This document shows, piece after piece, positions 9,504 through 19,866 of a stretch of 64,000 nucleotides of DNA. Every line of letters begins with the position of its first letter. Position 1 is the first letter of the stretch. The notes beneath the pieces were generated by a model that saw only the letters and a list, made by a program, of their open reading frames with translations, was not told the DNA's origin and made no database searches. This DNA comes from Opitutales bacterium UBA2995 (lineage in GTDB: Bacteria > Verrucomicrobiota > Verrucomicrobiia > Opitutales > UBA2995), in contig DDZZ01000009.1 of the NCBI GenBank assembly GCA_002346535.1, positions 6,891 to 70,890 of the forward strand, written 5' to 3'. Made by a program: the position numbers and the translations under genes.

Positions 9504-11174
9504 TTATTGAGTATCCTTGAGTGAATCGCGTGCCTCTGCAACTCCTTCTGCTGATATAGTTGCATCTGAATTTGTAAACCGAACCTTTGAATAATTGAGG
9601 ACGGCTGAGATATCCTGATTGGAAAGATAGGAAAATTTGGTCATCACGTTTTGGTACTTTCGGTTTTCCATCCATTCACTTCCGAGAAGGGTCAGTTTAA
9701 TTAGAAAATCGTCGTCTTCTGTAAGTCTGGTTGAATTGATGAGAGATGGCTGCACATTGGGCACTCCACTGCCGTCCATTTGGTGGCATGCCAGGCAGTA
9801 TTGATTATAGATCGCTTGTCCCTCCGCATCGTAATTAGCCACGTTTTTTCTCTTTGCAAGTACCGTCTTTGGGGTTGAACTCAACGAAGTTGATGCAAGA
9901 TCCATGACCGGTTGCGAGGTGTCACCTGTGTATTCTACTTTCCAGATTCTTCCGACGACATCCTCTGTAATATAAAGTGAACCGTCGGGTCCAACCTCCA
10001 ACCCGGTCGGCCTGTATTTTGCGCTGTCCGGTGTCATCAACATGGTCACACCGGAGAATCCATTGACAAATTCCTCATGTGGTCCGGATGGTAATTTGCC
10101 GTCGAATGGGACGTATACCACATTATAGCCTTGTTGGGGCAAGGGAGCTCGGTTCCAGGAACCGTGAAAAGCTATGAATGCGCCGCCCCGGTATTTTTCT
10201 GGAAACTGCTCGTCATGGTAAAACTTGAGCCCCGTGGGTGCCCAATGGCCGGGAAAGGCGTAAATGGGTTTGGTGTAATCACCTTCCTTCGCCCTGATTT
10301 TACCGTCGCCTCCGTATTCAGGGTTGATCAAATAACCATCTTCTTCCTCGTCCCAGTAAGCATAGGGCCAGCCGTAATCGTCGCCATCTTGGATCATTTG
10401 AAACTGCTCGGAGGGATTTTCAGCACTGTCACGTGCATTATACAATGATCCCCAGAGCTGATGAAGCCCATCGCGGCCATTGGAAAGAGTGTAGAGCTGG
10501 TTTTTAACCAGGTCGAAATCGATGGCGACCGCGTTTCGAACCCCGGTTGCTACTAGTTCGCCATCTACCAATTGCATTTGGTTGAGGGTATTTGCATCGA
10601 ATTTCCAAATGCCAGCCCCCCATTCCAATTCATCGCAGGGAGACTTTCCTGGGGATCCTACGGCCCGATCGTCCTCCTGACACGAATTGCTGGGTGCTCC
10701 AGCACTTACATAGAGGTTGCCCTCATTGTCGAAGGCTATGTTTTTGCTTGGATGGCTGCGAGGTGGCGGAAAGCCTGTGACGATCACTTCGTAAAGTTCT
10801 TTGGGAAGCAGCTCAGTCGGATGAAGTTTGTAGCGAACGACCTGTGTGCTCGCACCGACATAGAGGTAGTCGTCGTATATTTTGATACTTTTGACCAGGC
10901 TGCCGACCTCTCCGAAGTATTTAATGACATCCATGGTTCCATCATTGTCGGTATCACGCATGGCGACCAAATAATTGAGGTCCTTGTCATTCAGCAGCCC
11001 TACATAAATATCTCCGTTTTCTCGTATGGCCAGCTGCCGTGCCATCCCAATGTTATCTGCGATGACCGTCGCCTTAAAACCCGGAGGCAAGTTGATGTCT
11101 CCACTATGCGCTACGCTGTGCAGAGGAAGAAGAAAGGCGAATAAAATTATCAAGAAGGGGTAGGGTGATCGCAT
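9504..11174 (-). CDS. soluble PQQ-type sugar (glucose/sorbosone) dehydrogenase beta-propeller fused to a C-terminal cytochrome c
   Basis: Signal peptide; propeller motifs (DDYGWPY, NGRDGL); C-terminal CLACHQMDGSG heme-binding site. Confidence 0.8.
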   Translation of the reverse strand: MRSPYPFLIILFAFLLPLHSVAHSGDINLPPGFKATVIADNIGMARQLAIRENGDIYVGLLNDKDLNYLVAMRDTDNDGTMDVIKYFGEVGSLVKSIKIYDDYLYVGASTQVVRYKLHPTELLPKELYEVIVTGFPPPRSHPSKNIAFDNEGNLYVSAGAPSNSCQEDDRAVGSPGKSPCDELEWGAGIWKFDANTLNQMQLVDGELVATGVRNAVAIDFDLVKNQLYTLSNGRDGLHQLWGSLYNARDSAENPSEQFQMIQDGDDYGWPYAYWDEEEDGYLINPEYGGDGKIRAKEGDYTKPIYAFPGHWAPTGLKFYHDEQFPEKYRGGAFIAFHGSWNRAPLPQQGYNVVYVPFDGKLPSGPHEEFVNGFSGVTMLMTPDSAKYRPTGLEVGPDGSLYITEDVVGRIWKVEYTGDTSQPVMDLASTSLSSTPKTVLAKRKNVANYDAEGQAIYNQYCLACHQMDGSGVPNVQPSLINSTRLTEDDDFLIKLTLLGSEWMENRKYQNVMTKFSYLSNQDISAVLNYSKVRFTNSDATISAEGVAEARDSLKDTQ

Positions 11175-11388
11175 GTCTAATGTAAGATTATCCTAGCGTA
11201 TTTCTGCAAGTGGAAATCTGGAAAATTTCTATCTCAATATGGATAAAGATTGAGGATTTTTCGTCATTTTTGCGTTGTATTTGTCTACTCTACTGTTTCA
11301 GCAAACCTTTCGTTGACCTCTTCAAAAATTCTATCGAGCATGGATTCTTTTTAGAACCTAGCTGGAAACGCAACTAACCACCCCATTC

Positions 11389-12459
11389 ATGAAAATTCCT
11401 TATTATTGTTTTATTGTTCTTATGACGATTGCTCAAGGTTGCGCAAAACACCATAGTTCAAAACAATGGCTTGTATTCGAGGGCGCAAGCGGGCCGGGAA
11501 AAGGGAAGCACATTGTTTTGGTTTCCGGTGATGAAGAATACCGCTCTGAGGAAGCTATGCCCCAATTGGCAAAGATACTCTCCATGCACCATGGGTTTAA
11601 TTGCACGGTACTTTTTGCGCAGGACCCTGCCCGTCCGGGAATTGTGGATTCCAATCACCAGACAAACATTCCCAACACGGTTGCGCTCGATGATGCCGAT
11701 CTCATGATTATAGGCACTCGTTTTCGGGCTTTGCCGGACGAGCAGATGAAACCCGTTGACGATTTTCTCAAGGCTGGAAAACCGGTGTTGGGTTTGAGGA
11801 CCGCCACCCATGCTTTCAATATGGATGAGGAAACCTCCTACCCCGAATACGATTTTAGGTATGACGGGGAAAAGAAAGCCTGGAAAAATGGTTTTGGTGA
11901 ACTGGTTCTTGGAACTACCTGGGTTTCCCATCATGGTTGGCATAAAAAAGAAGCAACTCGCGGCATTCTTGTCGGGACGAGCGACATGCACCACGGCATT
12001 GGAGAGGGCGAAATATTTGGTGAAAGCGATGTATATGGCGTAACCTGGCCTGCCGATAATGATTGTGTACCAATTGTCATGGGGCAGGTATTGGCTGGCA
12101 TGGAAAAGAACAGCCCACCCATGGGTCCCGGGCCCTACGAAAAAGTACCGAACTATGGCAAACATGAAGGGTTTCATAAAAATGATCCCATGATGCCGGT
12201 AACCTGGACCAAGTCCTACCAAGTGCCTGGTGGCAAGAAAGGGAAAGCTCTTTGTTCAACGATGGGGGCCTCTATGGAACTGCAGTATGAAGCAACCCGC
12301 CGTATGATCGTCAATGGCGTATACTGGGGCCTTGATATGACAATTCCATCCGGAGGAACCAAGGTGGATATCGTCGGGTCCTTCAATCCATCCATGTATG
12401 GATTTGAGACCGACGAGTATTGGGATAATTTAAATCTTCGCATCGAGGACCTTCAATAG
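11389..12459 (+). CDS. ThuA-like (trehalose-utilisation-like) domain lipoprotein
   Basis: Lipobox IAQGC; HIVLVSGDEEYRSEEAMPQLAKIL...GKPVLGLRTATHAF pattern. Confidence 0.6.
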   Translation: MKIPYYCFIVLMTIAQGCAKHHSSKQWLVFEGASGPGKGKHIVLVSGDEEYRSEEAMPQLAKILSMHHGFNCTVLFAQDPARPGIVDSNHQTNIPNTVALDDADLMIIGTRFRALPDEQMKPVDDFLKAGKPVLGLRTATHAFNMDEETSYPEYDFRYDGEKKAWKNGFGELVLGTTWVSHHGWHKKEATRGILVGTSDMHHGIGEGEIFGESDVYGVTWPADNDCVPIVMGQVLAGMEKNSPPMGPGPYEKVPNYGKHEGFHKNDPMMPVTWTKSYQVPGGKKGKALCSTMGASMELQYEATRRMIVNGVYWGLDMTIPSGGTKVDIVGSFNPSMYGFETDEYWDNLNLRIEDLQ

Positions 12460-12489
12460 TTTTTAATCATCCGCTAATCAGAAAAATTG

Positions 12490-15400
12490 ATGTTTAAAAA
12501 AATCCTTACCTGTAGCACCTTTTTTTCTACCATATCAATTGTAGTGGCAAATCCACTACCGCTGAATGTACAGGAGGGAGAGAGAATTGTGTTTATCGGT
12601 AACGGCCTCGGTGAGCGCATGGTTTATTTTCCGCATTTTGAAACGGAATTACAAATGCGCTATCCGGATGCAAATCTGATCGTTCGAAACATGTGTCGCC
12701 CTGGAGATACTCCCGGTTTCCGAGCTCATCCATCGCGCGAGACTCAGTGGGCATTTCCTGGAGCGGAAGCTTTCCATCCGGATAAACAGTTCCACGATGG
12801 CATCGGCCATTTCCCTTATCCGGATGAATGGCTGACTACACTGCAGGCGGATACGATCCTCGCATTCTTTGGTTACAACGAGTCATTCGATGGGATGCAT
12901 GGTATTGAAAATTTTACTAATGAACTCGATTCCTTTGCTGCCCATACACTGGCACAGAAATACAATGGCGAGTCCGCTCCTCGTTTGGTTTTGGTTTCTC
13001 CGATTGCATTTGAAGACCTTTCCAGAACACGTGATCTGCCCAATGGTAAAGAGGAAAACAAGCTGCTGAAGGCTTACGCTGAAGCCATGAAGGGTGTTGC
13101 GGCGACGCATGGTGTAGGATTCATCGATCTCTTCAGACCTACGCAATCCCTTTACAGGAAAGAAAGAGACCCACAAACGATCAATGGCTTTCTTTTGTCT
13201 TACGAAGGTTATCAAAACCTCGCTTCCATTTTGCTCAATGCACTTTATGGAAAAACCAAGGTAATTTCCGAAGTACCCGTAAATTTGGTTTACAAAGCTG
13301 TCGAAGACAAAAATTGGTTCTGGTTTAATGATTACCGGATGCTGAATGGAGTGCATGTTTACGGTCGGCGTTGGAAGCCCTTCGGTAATGTCAATTATCC
13401 AGAAGAAATAGAAAAGATTCGTCAGATGACTGAACTGCGGGATGCCAAACTGCACGAGGTGGTGCAAGGCAACGCGGAGGATCTTACAATTGATGATAAT
13501 CAGACTCGTGAGCTCAGCGCGATTGAATCCAACTTTAATTTGCCGATTGAGTTTTTGGATGTGGATCCTGCTCTGGAGCACTTTTCACTGCCAGAAGGAT
13601 ATAAAATTGACTTGTTTGCTTCGGAATCCGAATTTCCCGATTTAAAAAACCCGGTTCAGATGTCCTTTGATAATAAAGGCAGATTGTGGGTATCGGTATT
13701 GCCTTCTTATCCCCATTACAAACCTGGGGATGAACGGCCCGATGATAAAATCCTGATTTTTGAAGACACCGACAGTGACGGCCGTGCAGACAAGCAAATT
13801 GTATTTGCCGATGGACTACATTTGCCGATTGGTTTCGAAATCGCACCTGAAGGTGTTTACCTTTCTCAGGAGCCAAACTTGGCAGTCCTAATAGACGATG
13901 ACAAAGATGATAAAGCGGACCGGATGGAGCTCCTGATGCATGGTTTTGATTCACATGATACACACCATGCCATATCCGCGTATACAGCGGATGCATCCGG
14001 CGCTTTCTATATGCACGAAGGACGTTTTCTGCATTCTCAAGTGGAAACACCTTACGGTCCTGAGCGCATGACTGATGGTGGCACTTGGCGTTTTGATCCG
14101 GACTCCTATCGGCTAGACCGGCACATGCAAACCGACGTAAGTAATCCCTGGGGCATGGCCTTTGATGAATGGGGCCAAAATTATCTTTCCGATGCATCGG
14201 GTGGAGCAAATTGGTGGACCTTGCCTCTCTCTGCAAAAATTCCTCATGGAAAGGAGATTAACAAGGTCGCGCAGTTTACTACGCATCGCGTTCGGCCAAC
14301 CTCCGGAACCGAGTTTCTTTATTCGCGGCATTTCCCGGACGAAGTTCAGGGTGACTTCTTGATTGCCAATTCAATTGGTTTCCTGGGAATTAAACAGCAC
14401 AAAGTTTGGGAGGATGGCGCTGGATTCACCGGTGAGCTTCGGCAGGATTTGGTCTATTCTGTGGATCCGAATTTTCGGCCGGTAGATATCGAAATAGCAC
14501 CAGATGGTTCGCTGTATTTGGTTGATTGGCACAATCCATTGATCGGTCATATGCAGCACAGTGCCCGCGATCCTAATCGGGACCACGACCATGGTCGCAT
14601 CTACCGCATTACCTATCCTTCCCGACCGCTTGTTACACCAGCCAAGATTGATGGTGCAACTCTCGAAGAATTATTCGAAAACCTCAAAGAGCATGAATAT
14701 CGTACGCGCTATCGTACACGCCGTGAGATTCGAGGGCGTGATACCAGGGATGTTCTTCGCGGGATCAAGCGATGGGCGGCAAGACTGGATGCGGAGGATC
14801 CAAATTATGAGCGACATCTTCTCGAAGCTCTCTGGGTGACCTGGGGTAAAAACCAATTAGATGAAGGATTACTCAGGAAACTCTTGAATGGTTCAGCCGA
14901 GGAAGTGCGTTCAGCTGCCGTTCGCGTTCTCCGCCATACCTATCGCGATGTGAGGAATTATCATGATCTATTTCTCAAGGCCGCTGCGGATGAGAGTCCT
15001 CGCGTTCGGCTCGAGTCTGTGGTTGCGGCATCTTGGATCGATAATGCCGTGGGTGCGATGATCGCAATTGAGGGAATGAAGCATCCTATTACCAAATGGA
15101 TGGGACCGACTTATGAAGCCATCATGTGGACCCTGGAGGATGATATTCGGAACCTTCCGAGGCTTGACCGTTTGATTCAGGAATCGAATCCCACTCTGGA
15201 ATCTTTTCTTGGGGGAGGGCATGAGTTTTATGATCCTAAGAAACGGGCGAACAGTAATTCTGTACCACAAACCAATGTTCCTGCTGCGGCGTTGAAAGTT
15301 TTCGAATTGGGTAAAGAAGTATACAGCCGCGATGCCCATTGTGCGACCTGTCATGGAGAGAATGGAAAAGGAGCTATTCAGGGTATTTATCCACCCCTCG

Positions 15401-15717
15401 GAAACAACGAGTGGGTCATGGGGGATATTGACCGATTTATCAAAATCATCCTGAAGGGACTTTGGGGTCCGATCGAAGTTGATGGTAAAAAGTATGATCC
15501 CTCCATGGGGCTTCCTCCCATGACTGGCTTCGAAGGAATCTTGACAGATGAGGAAATCGCCGCGGTAATCACCTATACCCGATTACAGTTTGGAAACAAA
15601 AAAGCCTTATCCAAATTGATAGATCCCGAACAAGTTGCACGTGTCCGCGAAGAAGTGAAGGATAAGGCTGGGTTTTACATGGTAAATGAAATCCTGGAGC
15701 TTCACCCACACAATTAG
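12490..15717 (+). CDS. large multidomain secreted protein: SGNH-like N-domain, membrane-bound-dehydrogenase-type beta-propeller, HEAT-like repeats and a C-terminal cytochrome c (PVC-type heme-binding CxxCH protein)
   Basis: 1075 aa; LPEGYKIDLFASE...NKGRLWV propeller entry motif; CATCHGENGKG heme site. The track start at 12487 is TTG; an ATG follows at 12490. Confidence 0.85.
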   Translation: MFKKILTCSTFFSTISIVVANPLPLNVQEGERIVFIGNGLGERMVYFPHFETELQMRYPDANLIVRNMCRPGDTPGFRAHPSRETQWAFPGAEAFHPDKQFHDGIGHFPYPDEWLTTLQADTILAFFGYNESFDGMHGIENFTNELDSFAAHTLAQKYNGESAPRLVLVSPIAFEDLSRTRDLPNGKEENKLLKAYAEAMKGVAATHGVGFIDLFRPTQSLYRKERDPQTINGFLLSYEGYQNLASILLNALYGKTKVISEVPVNLVYKAVEDKNWFWFNDYRMLNGVHVYGRRWKPFGNVNYPEEIEKIRQMTELRDAKLHEVVQGNAEDLTIDDNQTRELSAIESNFNLPIEFLDVDPALEHFSLPEGYKIDLFASESEFPDLKNPVQMSFDNKGRLWVSVLPSYPHYKPGDERPDDKILIFEDTDSDGRADKQIVFADGLHLPIGFEIAPEGVYLSQEPNLAVLIDDDKDDKADRMELLMHGFDSHDTHHAISAYTADASGAFYMHEGRFLHSQVETPYGPERMTDGGTWRFDPDSYRLDRHMQTDVSNPWGMAFDEWGQNYLSDASGGANWWTLPLSAKIPHGKEINKVAQFTTHRVRPTSGTEFLYSRHFPDEVQGDFLIANSIGFLGIKQHKVWEDGAGFTGELRQDLVYSVDPNFRPVDIEIAPDGSLYLVDWHNPLIGHMQHSARDPNRDHDHGRIYRITYPSRPLVTPAKIDGATLEELFENLKEHEYRTRYRTRREIRGRDTRDVLRGIKRWAARLDAEDPNYERHLLEALWVTWGKNQLDEGLLRKLLNGSAEEVRSAAVRVLRHTYRDVRNYHDLFLKAAADESPRVRLESVVAASWIDNAVGAMIAIEGMKHPITKWMGPTYEAIMWTLEDDIRNLPRLDRLIQESNPTLESFLGGGHEFYDPKKRANSNSVPQTNVPAAALKVFELGKEVYSRDAHCATCHGENGKGAIQGIYPPLGNNEWVMGDIDRFIKIILKGLWGPIEVDGKKYDPSMGLPPMTGFEGILTDEEIAAVITYTRLQFGNKKALSKLIDPEQVARVREEVKDKAGFYMVNEILELHPHN

Positions 15718-15937
15718 CCTCAATATGCGGCTAAGTTCGCTTTTGGAGTTGATATCGTAATTATTAGAATAGGTTTTTTTACTTACGGAGTTGAGGAGGC
15801 ACATTCCAAATCCTTCCACCAATTGTGGCAGCAATTTTACTACCGACGATTATACTTCCTATCTCATTGCAACACAGACTGCACTAATGTTTACCCGCCA
15901 AAAAACATCCGGAGAATAGTGGCGGATTTTGACTATT

Positions 15938-16654
15938 ATGGAAATCGCCCTTCAATTGATTTACGCTGCGAGGAAGCTGCGAGATTCAGTCAATAAGCTT
16001 TCTTTTTCTTTACCCATCACTCACGTTTACAATCCTCTCGTTTATGCTTGGGAGGCTCACAAGCTTTATTTGGAGAACTTTGGAAAATCCACCAAAAAGG
16101 TGATTTTTTTAGGCATGAATCCTGGGCCCTTTGGAATGGCTCAGACGGGCGTCCCATTTGGAGAAATTTCTGCGGTACGTGACTGGATGAATATCGAGGT
16201 TCCGATTGCCAAGCCACCTGTCGAAAACCCTAAACGTCCGGTAGAAGGTTTTAACTGCCCACGTTCAGAAGTTTCTGGTCGCAGACTCTGGGGGCTGATG
16301 GAGAAGCGTTTCCAATCACCCAATCAGTTTTTTGAAGATCATCTTATCTTCAACTATTGCCCACTTGTATTCATGGAAGCGTCTGGCCGAAATGTTACTC
16401 CGGATAAAATACCTCTTCTCGAACGGAAACTTTTGAATGAGGCATGCGACGAACATCTCCGGCAAGTTGTCTCCTTACTTGATCCGGGGTGGTGTATTGG
16501 AGTTGGTGGATTTGCCAGGAAATGCTTTGAACGTGTGATCCCTGATCATCCGAAATTAGGAACTCTATTGCATCCCTCGCCAGCTTCTCCTGCTGCTAAC
16601 CTTGGCTGGGAGGGAAAGGCAGTCCGGCAATTGACTGAATTGGGCGTGTGGTAG
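15938..16654 (+). CDS. uracil-DNA glycosylase, SMUG1-like (family 3)
   Basis: FLGMNPGPFGMAQTGVPFGE and LLHPSPASPAAN motifs. ATG at 15938; an in-frame TTG at 15929 is an alternative start. Confidence 0.8.
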   Translation: MEIALQLIYAARKLRDSVNKLSFSLPITHVYNPLVYAWEAHKLYLENFGKSTKKVIFLGMNPGPFGMAQTGVPFGEISAVRDWMNIEVPIAKPPVENPKRPVEGFNCPRSEVSGRRLWGLMEKRFQSPNQFFEDHLIFNYCPLVFMEASGRNVTPDKIPLLERKLLNEACDEHLRQVVSLLDPGWCIGVGGFARKCFERVIPDHPKLGTLLHPSPASPAANLGWEGKAVRQLTELGVW

Positions 16655-16811
16655 CTACCGCGTTGAAGCCAGTTTGTGGTGCAGGATCCACACATTCCCA
16701 GGCCGCAGCCGAATTTGGTGCCCCGTATTTCGAGGTGATCCGTCAATACTCAGAGCAACGGTGTTTCCGATCCACATTTACCTGTTACTGTTTGCCATTA
16801 ATATTCAGTGA
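16655..16811 (-). pseudogene. N-terminal remnant of a [2Fe-2S] subunit of a molybdopterin oxidoreductase (IorA / aldehyde oxidase small subunit type)
   Basis: Hand translation: INGKQ*QVNVD, then a frameshift, then [30 protein letters not shown]. The family consensus is NGK..V.VD.DTPLLWVLRD.LGLTGTKFGCG..QCGACTV. TAA at 16785-16787; TGA at 16750-16752 in the Trp position. Similarity ends where the SMUG1-like gene ends. Confidence 0.6.
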
Positions 16812-17056
16812 CGGTTACAGGTGAAGATTGTAATGAACGCTATGTCCACGGGACAAGTAGAATCGTGAGATGAATACTCTTTACCCACTCAGATGCCTGT
16901 ATTTGCGAGCTGGCGTGTTACTCGATCTCCGCTTGCGTTTCTTATTCCCATAGGTGAATGTAGCCATGGATAGCTAACTTAAGCATTCGGGATATTGCTT
17001 GAGAATCGCCCGATGGAAGCGCCGATTTGGCCGAGCCAGAAGATCTGAAAACAATT

Positions 17057-17419
17057 TTATGCCAGCATATCCATTACTTTTTTTGGGGGGCGGCCGATGA
17101 CTGCATTTTTACCCGAAACATAGATTGGCCTCTCAAGCAGAATGGGATTCTCCGAAATGATGGTTAACCACTCGTCACGACTCAAAGGATCATTCAGTGA
17201 CAATCCCAGTTCCTGAAATCGCGGTTCCTTGTTTCGTATCAATTGTTGGGGTTCGATCCCCAGTGTCGTGCAGAGTACATCCAGCGTGGCTACACTGGGA
17301 GCGGCTTTCAAGTATTCGATAACCTCAGCTTCTACCCCGTGGTCCTGAAGAATCTTCTTGGCTGCTCGGCATTTACTGCAGCGAGGATTGTAGTAGAGTT
17401 TGTCATTAGTCGATTTCAT
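17057..17419 (-). CDS. ArsC/Spx-family thioredoxin-fold protein (ArsC/YfgD-like reductase)
   Basis: 120 aa, YYNPRCSKCRAAKKIL...LLERPI. Confidence 0.8.
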   Translation of the reverse strand: MKSTNDKLYYNPRCSKCRAAKKILQDHGVEAEVIEYLKAAPSVATLDVLCTTLGIEPQQLIRNKEPRFQELGLSLNDPLSRDEWLTIISENPILLERPIYVSGKNAVIGRPPKKVMDMLA

Positions 17420-17450
17420 GAATTTCTTTTACCTGATCCATTCTGCTTCA

Positions 17451-18254
17451 TCAGAGGCTCTTTAGTAATTCTGTTAATAGGCCTGTGATTTTGCCTTGTG
17501 CCGCTGCAGCGGTTTCGTTGACTTCTTCTGCAGTAAGAAGCTGCCCGCATAGTCTGGCGGCTTTGTTACTTATTAAGGAAATCCCGAGAACTCGGATACC
17601 GTAGCTTCGGGCCAAAATCACCTCCGGTACTGTGGACATGCCGACCGCGTCAATGCCCATGCTAGCGTAAGCACGAATTTCTGCCGGAGTCTCAAATGAG
17701 GGACCCGGGTTGGCGACGTAGACACCTTTTCGGATTTTAATTCCTTTGCTTTCTGCTGCCACCTCAGCTTTACTAATTAATTCCTGATCATAGGCTTGGG
17801 TCATGTCCGGATATCTCAGGCATCCTTCTTCCACGGGACCGATGAGCGGATTGTCTCCCATGAAATTGACATGATCGGTGATTAACATCAGATCTCCGGC
17901 ATCAAAATTTGTATTTATGGCACCGGAAGCATTGGTAACGATCAGGATTTTGATCCCGAGCTCAGCCATGACTCGCACTGTAGAGATTACTTCTTTCATA
18001 CTGTACCCCTCGTATTTATGTAAACGTCCCTGCATGCAAATGACAGGGTTATCGCCCATTCGGCCCAGGACGAGGTTTCCTTTGTGGCTTGGCACTGTAG
18101 ATTGCGGGAAACCAGGAATGTCCCTGTAAGGGACAGTCAGGGTCTCCTCGAAATTTGAATCGGGAAATTCGTTGAATCCCGATCCGAGAATCAGGCCGAT
18201 CGAAGGAGTTGCTCCTTGGACTTTTTCTCGAATGAAAGCTATCGAGTCTGTCAT
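17451..18254 (-). CDS. purine nucleoside phosphorylase (trimeric PNP/PunA type)
   Basis: GLILGSGF...PGFPQSTVPSHKGNLVLG...GRLHKYEG...GMSTVPEV. Confidence 0.9.
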   Translation of the reverse strand: MTDSIAFIREKVQGATPSIGLILGSGFNEFPDSNFEETLTVPYRDIPGFPQSTVPSHKGNLVLGRMGDNPVICMQGRLHKYEGYSMKEVISTVRVMAELGIKILIVTNASGAINTNFDAGDLMLITDHVNFMGDNPLIGPVEEGCLRYPDMTQAYDQELISKAEVAAESKGIKIRKGVYVANPGPSFETPAEIRAYASMGIDAVGMSTVPEVILARSYGIRVLGISLISNKAARLCGQLLTAEEVNETAAAAQGKITGLLTELLKSL

Positions 18255-18654
18255 GATGTCTTTGCTATAGCTTCTGAATTAACAGGTCAAACGTTCAACA
18301 ATAGGATCTTTTCATAAAGGCTCGAAGGAGGCCCGTAGTTCTAGCCATTCGACCCAGGCCCTCCGGTCTGGGCCCTTCAGTCAATTTACGGAATCGGTGA
18401 TTTTCCATAGACTTCCGTAAAATATCAAGCACTCCCTCAAACAGGGGCTCCAAAAATAAAAAAACCTATCACCTTCAAAATGAGATTCAAACCCGTCATG
18501 AACTTCAAGCTAATCAAATCAACTATTACATCCGTCACCGGTTTCCGTGGTGTCTTGGGAAGTGTTGCCTTTGGCAATGATCTTCTGAAACGATCCCTGG
18601 ACCTCAGTATAGATCAGGCCAACCGCAGATTCATTTTACCCGATGTTCCTTGGA

Positions 18655-19866
18655 TTATTGGTCGTTTCCTCTTGGAACAAAGGACTGAATTTCTGTGATC
18701 GCGCGACCGAGAACGAGTCCATGGATATCGTAGGTGCCTTCGTAAGTGTTCACGGTTTCCATATTCATCATGTGGTGGATGACACGGAAGTCGCCGGTTA
18801 TGCCGTTTCCTCCCAGCATATCTCTTGCTACTCGTGCGATATTCAATGCAGCTCCTGCATTGTTGCGTTTGGCGAGGGAAACCATTTCGGGGGTGGCGCG
18901 ATCCTTGTCCTTTAGGTCTCCGAGGCGCCAGGCAAGCAATTGCATCTGAGTAATGTCCGTCACCATATTGGCCAGCTTGGTTTGTATCAGCTGCATGGAT
19001 GCAAGTGGATAACCGAATTGGGTTCTGCCAAGGACATAGTCTCGTGCCCTCTGGTAGCAGTTTTCGGCAACCCCGACCACGCCCCATACAATGCCAAACC
19101 GCGCATTATTCAGGCAGGAAAAAGGTCCTTTGAGACCCCGAATATCGGGAAGCGCATTTTCATTTGGAATAAAACAATCCTGCATAACGATTTCCCCGGT
19201 GGGCGATGCTCGCATCGACATTTTGTTTTTCACTTTGGGAGTTGAAAGGCCTTCAGTACCCCTCTCAATCAAGAAGCCGCGAATGACACCATCCTCATCC
19301 CCACCGTCGTAAGCTTTGGCCCATACCACACAGAGATCGGCGATGGGCGAGTTGGTGATCCACGTTTTCGAGCCATTCAGCTTCCAGCCACCGTCAATTT
19401 TTTTGGCAGATGTAATCATTGACCCCGGATCCGAGCCATGGTCCGGTTCCGTTAATCCATAGCAGCCGATTATTTCGCCAGTCGCCAGCCGTGGCAAGTA
19501 TTTTTGTCTTTGTTCTTCAGTTCCAAAGACATGAATGGGATGCATAACCAGGGAAGATTGAACAGAGACAAAAGATCGGTAAGCAGAATCGACTCTATCC
19601 AACTCGCGATTTATAACTCCGTAAGCGGTATAGCTGGACCCTGCCCCCCCGTATTCTTCTGGAATAAAAACTCCCAGAAGCCCCAAGTCTCCCATTTCAC
19701 GGGCAATTCCTATATCAAATTGCTCGTCTTGGTTTCCTTCCAGGGCTCTTGGTTCCAGCTGGGTTTGTGCGTATTCCCTGGCTGCATCCATGATCATTCG
19801 GTCTTCCTGACTGATCAGTTCTTCAAAGTGATAGATGTCGTTCGAGTTGAAGGTTTTGGTACCCAT
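18655..19866 (-). CDS. gcdH: glutaryl-CoA dehydrogenase
   Basis: Collinear with GCDH along its whole length: ELDRVDSAYRSFVSVQSSLVMHPI...EEQRQKYLPRLATGE...GLTEPDHGSDP...KTWITNSPIADL...EMVSLAKRNN...NTYEGTYDIH. Confidence 0.85.
   Translation of the reverse strand: MGTKTFNSNDIYHFEELISQEDRMIMDAAREYAQTQLEPRALEGNQDEQFDIGIAREMGDLGLLGVFIPEEYGGAGSSYTAYGVINRELDRVDSAYRSFVSVQSSLVMHPIHVFGTEEQRQKYLPRLATGEIIGCYGLTEPDHGSDPGSMITSAKKIDGGWKLNGSKTWITNSPIADLCVVWAKAYDGGDEDGVIRGFLIERGTEGLSTPKVKNKMSMRASPTGEIVMQDCFIPNENALPDIRGLKGPFSCLNNARFGIVWGVVGVAENCYQRARDYVLGRTQFGYPLASMQLIQTKLANMVTDITQMQLLAWRLGDLKDKDRATPEMVSLAKRNNAGAALNIARVARDMLGGNGITGDFRVIHHMMNMETVNTYEGTYDIHGLVLGRAITEIQSFVPRGNDQ

Noticed and set aside
11458-12222. 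Long antisense ORFs inside well-supported genes: 11458-12222(-), 12883-13581(-), 13535-14236(-), 30881-31609(-), 57980-58825(-), 10572-11144(+), 25768-26355(+), 40636-41214(+) and 47415-47945(-).
   Set aside because: Each lies wholly inside a longer ORF on the other strand that has clear family motifs. Their translations have no recognisable features, so they are shadow ORFs.
17246-17262. TGGGG-TTCGATC-CCCA, which looks like a tRNA T-arm.
   Set aside because: It lies inside the ArsC-family coding sequence. No complementary acceptor stem, D-arm or anticodon arm can be built around it.
18255-18654. 400-bp spacer between the gcdH stop and the PNP start; examined for a remnant gene or structured RNA.
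   Set aside because: None of the six frames gave a recognisable protein motif, and only a weak 5-bp hairpin is present. Nothing here can be supported.
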